From Octopus sinensis (lineage: Eukaryota): DNA of 64,000 bases. The DNA lies in assembly GCF_006345805.1 (NCBI RefSeq), contig NC_043003.1:52018001-52082000 (forward strand), read 5' to 3'. The position numbers and the translations under genes are program-made. Shown piece by piece: positions 1-12,141 of this stretch; within the stretch, counting starts at the first letter, position 1; every line of letters starts with the position of its first letter. Below the pieces are notes generated by a model. It made no database searches. It saw nothing but the letters and a program-made list of their open reading frames with translations, and had not been told where the DNA came from.

Positions 1-1110
1 TCACTCGATATTGTCGATAACACTCAATATGAGTCCTTTTTTCTTTAATTCTCTCTTTATACTTGTACATTATATAATCCTTAAGCTTAATGTCAGTAAC
101 CATCCCCTAGTTTATGAAAAAAATACAAAAATCTTTATATAGAACTGTGCACATCACAGTTCCAGCGGTGTTTCGCTGTTGTGCCCAAGCTCACATGTCC
201 GAGATAGGAAACCTCACACTAGGAGAGACAGCACTGTCGTTCACGCAGTACCGGTGAAAGGTTTGACTCCGGTGTGTTGTGCTTAAAAACGTGTTTATAT
301 TCTTGAATGTGATAAAGTGTAGAATTAGATTATTATCCTGCTTCTAGCTTCAGTGTTGCTTCCAGGATTTAAAACATTTCCCCACTTTATTTTGTGATTT
401 AGTGGGGAGGTTGAAATACAAGGGGGAATTCGCGGTGGTGTTCAGTGAACAAATTATACACATTACCCAGCAGTAGCTAAAACGCGAACCGATTAAGTTT
501 ATGTATAAATATTCTTTTTATGTGTTTGTTTCCTTTTACAGAATATTAAAAGAATGGCTAAAAATTTTCTGAAGCAGCACCCCAACTAATTTTATCTACG
601 AGCCGCCACTGAGTTCGAGTCACCAATATGGCGTTCGAAACTCGCTGAAAAGTGAGTAGAATGGATTTATTGACGGTTAGGAACGTCAGACAATTCACAG
701 ACTACTGGTTGCTAATTAGTTAAGAAGTTGGCGATAAATAACATTTCACCCGTCAATCAAAGCGAGAGGCAACGAGATCACATCGCAGTCACGTCGGTAC
801 AATATTTATAACACCAAGGCTGAACTAATCCGTAAATTGTTACAATGATTTAACCACCGCCCTCATCACGCCACCAGCACCACCAGCAAAATTACCAGCG
901 CTGTTTTCACCACCATATATATTAAAACGAGTAAACATACACTTGTAAACGCATACACACATAAGAATAATTCTTAGAAAAGTAATAAACGTACCAACAA
1001 CCGGGAAGCTGCTAAGAGGTCATAAGAAACAGTAGCAAAATATCCTACAAATCAGAAACTAGCGTCTTAAAAAGAAGTCATATTTTAGCTTTAGGTATGT
1101 TATATACCAT

Positions 1111-1329
1111 TTACCGTTGACTTATTTCAGTGATTAGACCGCAGTATTGCTGGGGCACAGCCTTGAAGAATTTTAGACGAACGAATCGACCCCAGAACAT
1201 ATTATTTTTTTGTAAATCCTGGTACTTATTCTATAGGCCTCTTTTGCTGAACTGCTAAGTTACGGGAAAGTATACACATGCGGGGCGGAAGACAAACACA
1301 GGTACAAAGACATACACACACACACACAC

Positions 1330-1408
<79 letters not shown>

Positions 1409-1580
1409 CACACATCACACAAGTCGGGCTTCTTTTCATTTCCGTCTCCCAAATCCACCCGTACGGCTTTGGTCAGCCCGAGGTTATAGTTGAATAGATT
1501 TACTCAAGGTGCCACGCAGTGGGACTGAACCTAGAACCATATGATTAGGAAGCAAACTCTTACCACTCAACCATGCCTGC
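1111..1580 (-). mobile_element. Bipartite tRNA-derived SINE (here 'family A') with internal (CA)n microsatellite
   Basis: Minus strand gives an A/B-box head (gcaggcatggttgagtggtaag...ggttcagtcccactgcgtggcacc), then (TG)n, then the conserved second half ending gtc...tgaaa(c/t)aagt; same layout as 60806-61194. Confidence 0.8.
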
Positions 1581-2520
1581 CTGCGCATATATATGAAAAA
1601 ACAAAAAACAAAAAACAAACAAAATGGATGATTCACTGCTGGAATGCTACTCGTCATAAATTTTCCCCATTGAAACTGCATTAGAATACCATGACGATCT
1701 AGTTGGTTTGGCTGCCATCATTTCGAAAATTAAACCTTATCGAAAATTTTAAAATTTGGCACATCAACATACTTTTCCAAGCTGAATTGCTGGAGTTATT
1801 TCACTTTTTCTAGAAAAAAATGTTTTAAAAAAGTTATAGAAGTTTAAAGTTTGATCATTTTCACCAAGTCAGGAAACAAGATTTGGAAGGTGCCATTTTA
1901 TGTGTGATTGCACATTTTGTCGTTAGCATTCTGAAAATAGCACGTGTTGTCAATATTTGTAAACATCACGTGTTTTGTAGTTTGAAGCATTCAATGTGCA
2001 TTTAATGCGATAGCACGAACTTAAAAGATTTATCCAAAAAACGTTATTTAGCTGTTATTTTTAGCACACCTCACAACCACCTCGATGACAAAAATAAACG
2101 GGTAAAGAAGTCGTTTTAGCATTTAATATGCATTTAATGCAAATGCAATGAACAACACGTTACATGCGATAAACACATTACAATTTCCCCCACAAATGAT
2201 TTCAATGCAGTTTTAACAGAAAGATTTGGAAGAATTAAATAAAAGTTCTCCAGTAACTTCTTTTCATGAAAATAAATGTTTATGTTAATTTAAAAGATTT
2301 ATCCAAAAAACGTTATTTAACTGTTATTTTTAGCACACCTCACAGACAAAAAGAAACGAGTAAACAAGTAGTTTTAAGCATTCAGTATGCGATGAAGAAC
2401 ACGTAACAAATTAAATATTTAAAAAAAACAACATTTTTTTGACCAGTTCATAAATTCACATACTCAATTGTCAATAGATAAGTAAAACAAGCGGTTTCAA
2501 TATATTTGTCAACACGTGAT

Positions 2521-2562
2521 GGCGGCGAGCTGGCAGAAACGTTAGCACGCCGGGCGAAATGC
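2521..2562 (+). mobile_element. 5' head of a second tRNA-derived SINE ('family C'), cut off at the Tx1 element
   Basis: ggcggcgagctggcagaaacgttagcacgccgggcgaaatgc matches family C heads elsewhere (reverse strand near 27800 and 54600); the B-box half is absent. Confidence 0.75.
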
Positions 2563-2748
2563 ATTGTGGTATATCGTACGTCTGTTACTGAAAATTTATT
2601 GCTGGAGTGTGTTCGTAAGTTTCTATTAATTGTTATATTTCTTGTTGTGCCTATTGTTGGACTTATTGTTGAAAAAATTGTAGTATAGTTTTCTTTCGAA
2701 AGCTATCTGTGGTTTTCCCCTGTGGGGAAAACATTAATTGTCGGCAAG

Positions 2749-4053
2749 ATGCTGAAAAGTTCGTGTTCTTCGTCGGGGGACGAATCATCGATTGAAAGAG
2801 AAGCAAAGAAAACAGAAAGCTTAATTTTTGACAACGTTTCTGATGTGTCGGAGAGCGAATTTCCAACATTACCAAGAGTTATGAACACCAATAGAAAGAC
2901 AGAAAAAAGACCATCCAAAATGAAGAAAAGAAAAGTTTTGCGTTAGCGGCTGGTGGTGGAACGAGACAGCTGTCAACTGACATAAAAGAATATTTAAAAT
3001 ATAAAGATATGATAACAGAACGAAATGGAATAGTAAAAGTGGAACTACCAGAAAAAGAATTAACGGAATCAAAAAAGTAAAACATTATTTTAAAATCATT
3101 TTGCTTAAAAGCACGTAAAATTGATAAAATATGTGAACAAAAAATTGAAAAATGTCTAAAACCCATCTGGCAGGACATTACATATCTAGCCAGAGGGAAA
3201 AAGTTTGGAACCATCGTGGTGAAATTCAAGAATGCAGAAACGGCACAAAAACACTCTATAAAATCTTTAGAGTCGGAAGACACTCTGTTAATCCCAATTT
3301 ACATGGGAATGAGAACATCAAAATTGAGAATACCTAGAATTCCGCCCGGAATAAACCCTATGTGCTTGATGGCGGCGGTCCTGGCAAACAGGGAAGATAG
3401 TATTAACCTCCTGCAGGCTACCGTCACAGAAAATACTTATTGGACAGGTCAGACGCTTAACATCATATTGCAGGCTGACCAAAATAGTTTAGAACCGCTC
3501 CCAGAAATCGTGGAAGTAGGGGAGGAAGTTCTAAATATTTTTGTTGAGGGGCGTAAGTCCCGATGTTTCCAGTGTGGCCAACTGGGTCACATTAAAAAAT
3601 ATTGTAAAGAAGGTGTAGAAGAATCAGACGGCGAGGAGGAAGAAAGAGAGAGAGAAACAGAAGAAAAAATAAACACTAAAAGGAAAATGGAAGGATCGAA
3701 CCAGCAAAAGCAGAGCGAGCCGAGACCAAAAAACAGCCAAGAGAGACAGACCGAGGAAGGCGGAGGGGGTGGCGATCAGAGGAATAGCTGCACTTTACAG
3801 TAAAAACGAAGATTTAATGCGGGAAATAAAAACAAAAAAATCAGCAACTCGATTAATTGAACTGTCAGAGAAATATAAAAACTACGAATTTTACGAATTG
3901 GACGAAAAAACGTACATGTTGTCTAACAATATAGAAAATCGGTCTCAACATGGAGACTTGATTTTCACTAATCCATGTTTGAAAGCTTACCATCTCCGAC
4001 TCAAGAAAAGGTGGAGAATCCCTCTCCACAAGACACCCCGATCTAAAAGGTAA
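2749..4053 (+). pseudogene. Tx1 ORF1 (gag-like), with frameshifts and stops
   Basis: Segment 3216-3803 contains CFQCGQLGHIKKYC (CX2CX4HX4C). The upstream frame gives ITYLARGKKFGTIVVKFKNAETA, alignable to ORF1 at 48417. Confidence 0.8.
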
Positions 4054-4056
4054 GTC

Positions 4057-4958
4057 ATGTCTATTCCCATTGGTTGTATAAATGTTCGTGGCCTGATGTC
4101 AAGCTGGAAGCAAGGACGCTTCCTAAATGACATCAGGTCAAGAAATTTGGATATAATTGTTGCAACGCAAACCCGGGTGAAGGGGCCAAGTGATCTGCTC
4201 CCACTCCTGAACGGCTACGAGAAATACGTTTCTCCGAGTCGGGCGGGAGGTGGGGGTGTGGTGTTGGTCCTACTAAAAAGAAACCGGGTAGCCGAGAAAA
4301 AGTTGTTTTTTTTTTCTGATCCAGAAGACAGGTTGGTCGTTCTTGACCTGACATTCAGTTGTGACAAGACAATCAGGCTGATCGCTCTTTATGCACCCAA
4401 CATTATGGGCCCGCAAACTGAATATTTTCGTGACCTGGGAAAGTTCCTAGCCACGACGCATTCGCTAGTATTGTTAGGAGACTTTAACACAATATGTGTA
4501 GCACACTCAGATTGTGTTGGCTCGAACATGAACAGAAAATGTAAGCCAGGCTTACGAGATCTGCTAAGTCAATTTCAGCTAACAAATCCATATAGGTTGG
4601 AACACCCGAATACTCCACAGTGGACGTGGTCAAATAGTGACGGGTCTTCCAGAACATATCTAAATAGGATTTTAATTAGAGAAACAGATAAGTCCATAGT
4701 CGAGTGTCCACAGATTTTTCTAGTCAGCTACAATGACCACAAGATGGTTACCTGTAAACTGACGGTAGATAAGTTGCATAGTCAGGGATCTGGCTACTGG
4801 AGACTCAATATGTACCTTTTGGCGATTGAGGAGTACAGAAATCGGATCAAGATGTTAATACAGAGGGCATTAACAGGTACCATCATTAATAACAAATGGT
4901 GGTACGCCCTAAAAAGAGTCATCAAATATGAGTCTATTAGGTTTAGCATAAGTTTAGA
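4057..4958 (+). pseudogene. Tx1 ORF2 N-terminus: AP-like endonuclease domain
   Basis: CINVRGL, ATQT (normally ETH), GDFN, WTW, YLNRI (normally LDRI), NDH and GYWRLN motifs; catalytic substitutions suggest it is inactive. Confidence 0.85.
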
Positions 4959-5394
4959 TGGTTATGTGCAGACCCTTCTGAACTTCCAAGTGTTATGCAT
5001 ACAAAATTTCCTGCAACTGTCATGGTTTTAGGAGTTATCAGCAATGAAGGACATGTGATACCTCCTTACTTCTTTCCACAAGGTCTTAGAGTTAACTCTG
5101 CTGTCTATAGTGAGGTCCTGGAAATAATTTTTAGCCCTGGATCGACAGTGTATGCAATGGAAGGCCATATGTGCTTCAGTAAGGCCCTGCACTATCACAC
5201 ATGGCTCTAGTAACACAGGAATGAATGGTTGAAAATGTTCATGATCACATAACCCCTAACATTTGGCCTTCTAATCCACCAGATCTCAATCCATTGGATT
5301 ACTACATGTAGATCGTTGTTGAGAGAGGTCAATGAACACGCCTATAACACCAAAGATTCTTTGAAAGCTGCCATAGTCAGCGTAATGTCCAAAA
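4959..5394 (+). mobile_element. Internal fragment of a Tc1/mariner transposase (maT/DD37D-like)
   Basis: MHTKFPATVMVLGVISNEG...PWIDSVCNGRPYV...PDLNPLDYY; near-identical to part of 42449-42987. No TIR at the left junction, so it is probably joined to the Tx1 by deletion. Confidence 0.8.
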
Positions 5395-5426
<32 letters not shown>

Positions 5427-5479
5427 TGTTTGTATGTGTGTGTGTGTGCGTGTAATAATATAATATATTATATATATAA

Positions 5480-5857
5480 TATATATATAAACGGCAGTTT
5501 GTCTGTGCGTGTTTCTGTGTGTCTTTTGCTTGTACCCTCACCCTGACCACGGCTTTCAACCGATTCTGATGAAACTTGACACACACATAGCCCAATGTCA
5601 TAATTCAAAACTAACGCAGCGAAAATTTTGAAAAGTTCCCCCAGTTCTGAAAAAATCGATAAATTCGACATGGGGTCGAGAATCAGAAACACAAACCAAA
5701 CAAACTGTCTAGGGGACGCAACTCCACCTTTTTTAACTTAAAAAAAATTTACCATCATTTTTTTCCATTTTTTTGCTATTTTTTGGCTATAACTCTCTAA
5801 AAATGCTTTATAGTTATTTCCCTTACAAACCTGAGCAACGCCGGGCGATACTGCTAG
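5480..5857 (+). mobile_element. Non-autonomous Helitron-like element
   Basis: Ends in a gagcaacgccgggc hairpin region plus CTAG followed by T; the last ~70 bp are shared with 25415-25923. The 5' limit is uncertain. Confidence 0.65.
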
Positions 5858-5864
5858 TATATAA

Positions 5865-6379
5865 ATAAAAGTAAATAAATGGTACAACCAAGTACCGATA
5901 TTTACTGGAAAATAGCGATCGTAATAAATACGACGCTATTGTATAGCTTCACTGCGTATATACTAGCAAAGACGTGTGTGTGCAACAAACATGAAAAAAA
6001 TTTGTCTTACCTCTAGGAAGAACATCTGAAAAATGAAAAACCTAGAAACGGATAATGCAGGACCGGTTTCAGACTCTTCAAATACGTTTGACAACGTAGA
6101 TTTGATTTGTCCTCATCAGTTGCATATACCTAGACAAAATTTCAAATGTTGCCACATCTATGCCAGTACACTCGTCTGAGCGCCAAAACGTTAACAGAAC
6201 GAGAACAGTGAAAAAGTTTCAATGAAAATAGTAATGCAATACGAAAGTATTGCTTTCCAGTAAAAGATAGCCCGTAAGGGTAAAATTATACATATAAAAG
6301 TAAATAAATGGTACAACGAAGTACCGATATTTACTGGAAAATAGCGATAGTAATAAATACGACGCTATTGTATAGCTTC
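5865..6379 (-). repeat. Partial tandem repeat (429-bp period) carrying a hammerhead motif; Penelope/retrozyme-like
   Basis: 86-bp direct repeats at 5865-5950 and 6294-6379. Confidence 0.7.
6053..6126 (-). ncRNA. Candidate minimal type-I hammerhead ribozyme
   Basis: atgcaa-CTGATGA-ggac...gtct-GAAA-ccg-GTC-ctgcat: intact core, 4-bp stem II, palindromic ACCGGT stem III, 5-bp stem I. Confidence 0.6.
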
Positions 6380-6433
6380 GTTCATTTTCTGAATATTTTC
6401 AGTTTCTGTTTCTTTCTGTATATATATATATAT

Positions 6434-6497
<64 letters not shown>

Positions 6498-6528
6498 TAT
6501 ATATAATATATATATATATAATATATAT

Positions 6529-6571
<43 letters not shown>

Positions 6572-6633
6572 TATATATTATATATATATATATACAGAAA
6601 GAAACAGAAACTGAAAATATTCAGAAGATGAAC
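6380..6633. repeat. 41-bp inverted repeat flanking a (TA)n tract
   Basis: 6380-6420 is the reverse complement of 6593-6633 with one mismatch. Confidence 0.85.
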
Positions 6634-7069
6634 ACTCGTGTATAAGCATGTAAATATTTATATACTTAATGTATAAGCATATAGATATTTATATATTTAC
6701 AGAACAAATTTAAACAGAGTGCAAAGGCATAGTATTTCAAGTCCGACAGCTTTTTCTGGGGATCGGAATTACGTAATAGTTGTAATGTTTATAATTGGCA
6801 GATGAAGTGTATAAAAATTCAAAGATATGCAACTTATAGAGGATGCACATAAAATTACCATAACACCGGCCACCGTCTTCGGGATGGAAAGTTCGGCAAT
6901 TAATTTTTGATTTAGTCTTAAGGTCAGCAATTCTTAGAGAAGGTGTTTAGTGGTTACCATCGATCTCAGACTTTAACATTACGCTATCGTTTTGAACCGT
7001 TAACTTCAGGGGAATTTGAAATCTGAATAATAAGAACTTTGATAATTACTATAACACACAAAGCCTGAA

Positions 7070-7270
7070 GTTTTGTGGGAGGGAGATAGTCGATTACATC
7101 GACCCCAAAGACATTTTGGTGGGAAGGGATAGTTCATTACATCGTCCGGTGCTCAACTGTTACTTATTTTATTGACCCCACAAAAGGATGAAAGGTGTAG
7201 TCGACCTCAACGGAATTCTGAACTCAGAACGTAAAGTCGTATGAGATGCTGTTAAGCATTTTGTCCATCT
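7070..7270 (-). mobile_element. Degenerate family C SINE
   Basis: ggatgaaagg...gtcgacctc...tgaactcagaacgta core. Confidence 0.6.
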
Positions 7271-8024
7271 ATAATGATAAAATATCTACGGCGAAGTCCT
7301 TCGCTGTTAACACCGAATGATTTTTAGCAGTGCTCCAACGCTCATTGATGTTTCGGCCATTTAACTAATTCCGTCTGAATTATTATAGTAATAAACTAAA
7401 ATTAAAATTTCTTCAGTTTCCACAATGTGTATTAACTCCAGTTCATTAAAATAGTGTGTAAGTGGCTGAGTATTTAGCCACTAACACATACACCTTTCCA
7501 AGAAGAATTAGCATGACGCGGTGTGGCAATACTGAGCCTTTTAAATTATAGGTACAATCCATTCAGCGAGCTTTCACATAGTTTTCATCCATCAAATTTC
7601 TCTCATATGGCTTGGTTAGATCATAACCTATGACACTTGCTCAACATTGCACACAGGAGCCCGGCATTTGGCTGTGCTATGCCTCCATTATTATAAATAA
7701 TGTTAGATCCTTCTCACACAGCATTTGTTAACTTTGAACAATTTTATGATGTCTTCCAAGATGTACGTATTTCATTTTGGCCAAAGCAAATTTGAAGTAT
7801 GTCTCAATCCATTAATGATAATAATTATCTAACATCGGCAAAAAGTTACACATTTGAAACGGAGAGTTGCATTTGATTAAATAGACACCAGCACATTAAA
7901 AAAAAATTCCTTGAGCCCTAGGACACACTATGCCGGTTACTCGATTTCCATAGCATAGATGTGACAGAGATAGCGACATTTTCCTTGAACTTGACACCGG
8001 TCCATTGAAGGATTCATTGAGGAA

Positions 8025-8190
8025 AGAGGACAAGTCGATTTCATCGAACCCTGGACTTGACTGGTACTTTATTCTATTGACCCTGAAGGGATGAAAGGCA
8101 AAGTTGACCTAGACTGGGTTTGAACCCAGAAGAAAAGTTGCTAAGCGTTTTGTACGCTTAGTAATTTGCTAGCGATCCCGCCAACTCGGC
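8025..8190 (-). mobile_element. Degenerate family C SINE
   Basis: gtcgatttcatcga...ggtact...ggatgaaaggcaaagttgacc core. Confidence 0.55.
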
Positions 8191-9247
8191 ACCTTATTAC
8201 ATGTTGAGTACTTATTTTATCGGCTCCAGAAGGATAAAAAGCTAAGTCAGCTCTGATGCTGTTGATGCCGGTGTCTTGCTTTGCTGACCTACCTGCACGA
8301 TGTATATTATTATAGTGGGCATGGCTTGTGCAGAACCAATTCCACTCTTTTGTCCTTCAAATTGGTATTGGGCTGGTAAACAAGTAGCACGGGACCCCAG
8401 TAGTAATTAAGATACAAAATTTATATAGAGTTACCTTCTCTTAGATGAACAACTAAAGATTGTAATAATTTAAAATGATTCCAGTTGTTTTAAGAACCTC
8501 CAAAAGGCTGGTGTTTAGCTCCGGGTCTCACCGCACCCCCTTTGATACGACTACAGTCTCTTTCTTAAAACATTTCCCGAAGATATTTTACTTATTCTGG
8601 GTTTGGTGGGACGTTTGTGAGTGACCTTCTTCTGGAGACCCCGGCAGGTACTACTACTCCGGGTCAGAATAGACCTGGGAAAACATTATGTTGAAGTGAT
8701 GTTTCTACATTCCTCAAAGCCTTGAAATTCCCGAACTAGGGCTCCACTATCGGATGCAGTTTAAAGTCATATTCAGGACATTAATAGCTCCTATAGCATA
8801 CTGCAAACTCTTGTCCTGATTAATAATTCTGAGAAGTTAGGCAACGTCCGCAACACCCGATGGATGCGATGGAAATGTTGCAGATACTGTGAGTGGTGGT
8901 GACCTAAAACGGAAGTGGGGAACCACTTCTTTCGAAGTTAATGTTACTGTTTCAGCATTCAGATTTGGATTGCTTATATACCACAATTACAACCTATTGC
9001 TGCTGGTGAACGCTTCGTATTTTTTTCCGTTATTGCTGTAGTTTTGTTTTTTTAGTTTTTGGTCGCCCTCTGCATCTGTAGACTTATGCTCGAAGAAATT
9101 CCTGGTGTGTCTAACATGTCTTTTAGTAACCTTTCTTCCTTATTTTCAAGAGGGGTCAGGTATTATTTGAATAGGATTTGACCACTGTTTCCGGCAAGTT
9201 GTTGGTGTTAGACAAAGATCTTTCCTGCGAAGAAAGGCGTTCCATCT

Positions 9248-9249
<2 letters not shown>

Positions 9250-9278
<29 letters not shown>

Positions 9279-9471
9279 TGTGTGTGTGTGTGTGGTGTGT
9301 GTGTGTGTGTGAGTGTGTGTGTCAGTGTGTGTGTGTATGTGTCAGTGTGTGTGTGAGCGTGTGTGTGAGCGTGCGTGTGTGTGTGTGTGAGTGTGTGTGT
9401 GTGCGTGTGAGTGTGTGTGTGTGTGTATGTATGTATATATCTATCTCTCTATATATACACACACACACACG

Positions 9472-9502
<31 letters not shown>

Positions 9503-9870
9503 TTCTCTCTTCCTCCACCCTCTTTCTCTCTGTATATATAATATATATATATTTACATTATGTATGTAAAGTATGTAAAACTACTTTTCTTTATTGTTTT
9601 TTAAGGCGGTAGGGTGTTTCCGTGTGAATTTGTGTGTTTCCATATGTACGTATTTATGTGTGCTTTCATTTGTTTGTATATTTGCAAGTGTGTGTGTGTG
9701 GTGTGTGTGTGTGTGTGTGTGTGTAAGTGAATGTAAACGTATGCACGAGTATATCTATTTGTGCATGAGCACGTGTGAGAGTATTTACTGATTCATCTAT
9801 CATAGCTCAGCTATTTCTTTGAAGCTCTGTTTTACATTGTGAATTCATCTGGTTCTCGTAACAGACTGTA

Positions 9871-9914
<44 letters not shown>

Positions 9915-9922
9915 ATATATAT

Positions 9923-9957
<35 letters not shown>

Positions 9958-9960
9958 CAC
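9250..9960. repeat. Compound (TG)n/(CA)n/(TA)n microsatellite region
   Basis: Direct reading of the sequence. Confidence 0.9.
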
Positions 9961-10157
9961 CATTTCTCCTCCTGTTTGTAATTTATGCTACTGCTGTGTG
10001 CTCTCGCTGCTTGTTGGTAATTTCCTGGTGTGTGGTTAAGTTAGTTAATTCAATACTATACACAGGAGACCACTGAAGTGTTTTCGCCAAACCAACATAT
10101 AAAACAAATAAAACAGTAAGAAATAACAACAACAACAACAACAACAACAACAAAATG

Positions 10158-10220
<63 letters not shown>

Positions 10221-10593
10221 GTTTCAAATTTTGGGGGAGGGGATGAGTCGATTTCATCGACACCAATGTTTCACTGGTACTTAATTTATCGGCTTCGAAA
10301 AGATGAAAGGCAAAGTCGACCTCGGCGGAATTTGAACTCAGAACGTAGTGACAGGCGAAATACTTATTTCTTTACTACCCACAAGGGGCTAAACACAGAG
10401 AAGACAAACAAAGACAGACAAACGGATTAAGTCGATTATATCGATCCCAGTGCGTAACTGGTACTTATTTAATCGACCTCGAAAAGATGAAAGGCAAAGT
10501 CGACCTCGGCAGAATTTGAACTCAGAACGTAGTGGCAGGGGAAATACCGCTAAGCATTTCGCCCGGCGTGCTAACGATTCTGCCAGCTCACTG

Positions 10594-10658
<65 letters not shown>

Positions 10659-10764
10659 TTAAAAATATAATTGTTTTTTTATTATTATTATATTATTAAT
10701 AATATAATAATAATAATATAATAATAGTAATAGTATTTTAATAATAACACCAACAACAACAATA

Positions 10765-10827
<63 letters not shown>

Positions 10828-11373
10828 GCCCTGATGCCGTACCAGGCAGTGGCTCTCATGGCTTCTGATCTTAACTGATGGAAGTGTTATCATGTACATT
10901 GTTTTGTATTGGTATAAAAGATGGCTACAGCAAATATTTTGCTCAATACCACAGATTTGCTTCTTTTGTGTGACCTTAACCAGTTGAGCATGTCCCTTAG
11001 TGCTGACGATATGTGCATCTCTGATCACGAGCAGAAGTAGTGGGGGAGCATCATAGCCATGTGTTGAGAGGGATTCTTTGGGGTTTGAATAGTTCACCTC
11101 TGGAAAACATGGGTGGTTCTTTCAACATCCTTAAGCAACCCTTATTCACGGACCGTTTGAGCGGGATGGGCTACTCAACCTGAAGAAAATTCTAACTGGG
11201 CCCCACCTGCAAGGTCTTGTGCTGTTTATCTTGATATGAGATCACCATGTCGCGCACATATGGTTGTGATGCATGTGCCTGGTGTACCTTTATCAGACGG
11301 GTAGTCATGAGGGTATATTGGGCTTCGTATATTTTACCCCATGTCACTTTGATGGCATGACTGTCTCTCACTC
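10828..11373. mobile_element. ~550-bp non-coding interspersed element embedded in (AAT)n, copy 1
   Basis: Runs gccctgatg... to ...ctctcactc, with (AAT)n on both sides. Confidence 0.55.
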
Positions 11374-12023
11374 ATAATAATAATAATAATAATAATATAA
11401 TAATAATAATAGTTTCAAATTTTGGGGGAGGGGATGAGTCGATTTCATCGACACCAATGTTTCACTGGTACTTAATTAATCGGCTTCGAAAAGATGAAAG
11501 GCAAAGTCGACCTCGGCGAATTTGAACTCAGAACGTAGTGACAGGCAGCCGAATACTTATGTCTTTACTACCCACAAGGGGCTAAACACAGAGAAGACAA
11601 ACAAGGACAGACAAACGGATTAAGTCGATTATATCGATCCCAGTGCGTAACTGGTACTTATTTAATCGACCCCGAAAAGATGAAAGGCAAAGTCGACCTC
11701 GGCAGAATTTGAACTCAGAACGTAGTGGCAGGGGAATACCGCTAAGCATTTCGCCCGGCGTGCTAACGATTCTGCCAGCTCACTGCCTGAATAATAATAA
11801 TAATATAATAATAATAATAATAATAATAATAAAATAAAATAATAATAATAATAATAATAATAACTAAAATAAAAATCATAATTGTTATTATTATTATTAA
11901 TTATTATTATTATAATAATAATAATATAATAATAATAGTATAGTATTATTAATAATAACAACAACAACATAATAATAATAATATAATAATAATAATAATA
12001 ATATAATAATACTAATAATAATA

Positions 12024-12073
<50 letters not shown>

Positions 12074-12141
12074 ATAATAATAATAATCATAATAATAATA
12101 ATAATAATAATAATATTAATAATAATAATAATAATAATAAT

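Larger units (their letters stand above)
2563..4958 (+). mobile_element. Tx1-like (L1 clade) non-LTR retrotransposon, 3'-truncated and degenerate
   Basis: AT-rich 5' UTR, broken ORF1 with a CCHC knuckle, then an APE endonuclease ORF2 with the GSGYWRLN motif typical of Tx1/L1; no RT domain remains. Confidence 0.85.

Noticed and set aside
575-611. TIR-like end (reverse strand cagtggcggctcgtag)
   Set aside because: The partner end is not in the window, so no element can be delimited.
2024-2390. ~100-bp direct repeat (2024-2130 versus 2292-2390) as an LTR pair
   Set aside because: No TG...CA ends, PBS or PPT; more likely an internal duplication in an old repeat.
8790-9245. Coding-like minus-strand patch (LTPLENKEERLLKDML...GCNCG)
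   Set aside because: Stops occur in all frames and I cannot assign a family; possibly an old TE.
10828-10900. HDV-like ribozyme at the end of the 550-bp element
   Set aside because: gccctg/caggc forms a simple local hairpin; the nested P1-P2-P3 order could not be built by eye.
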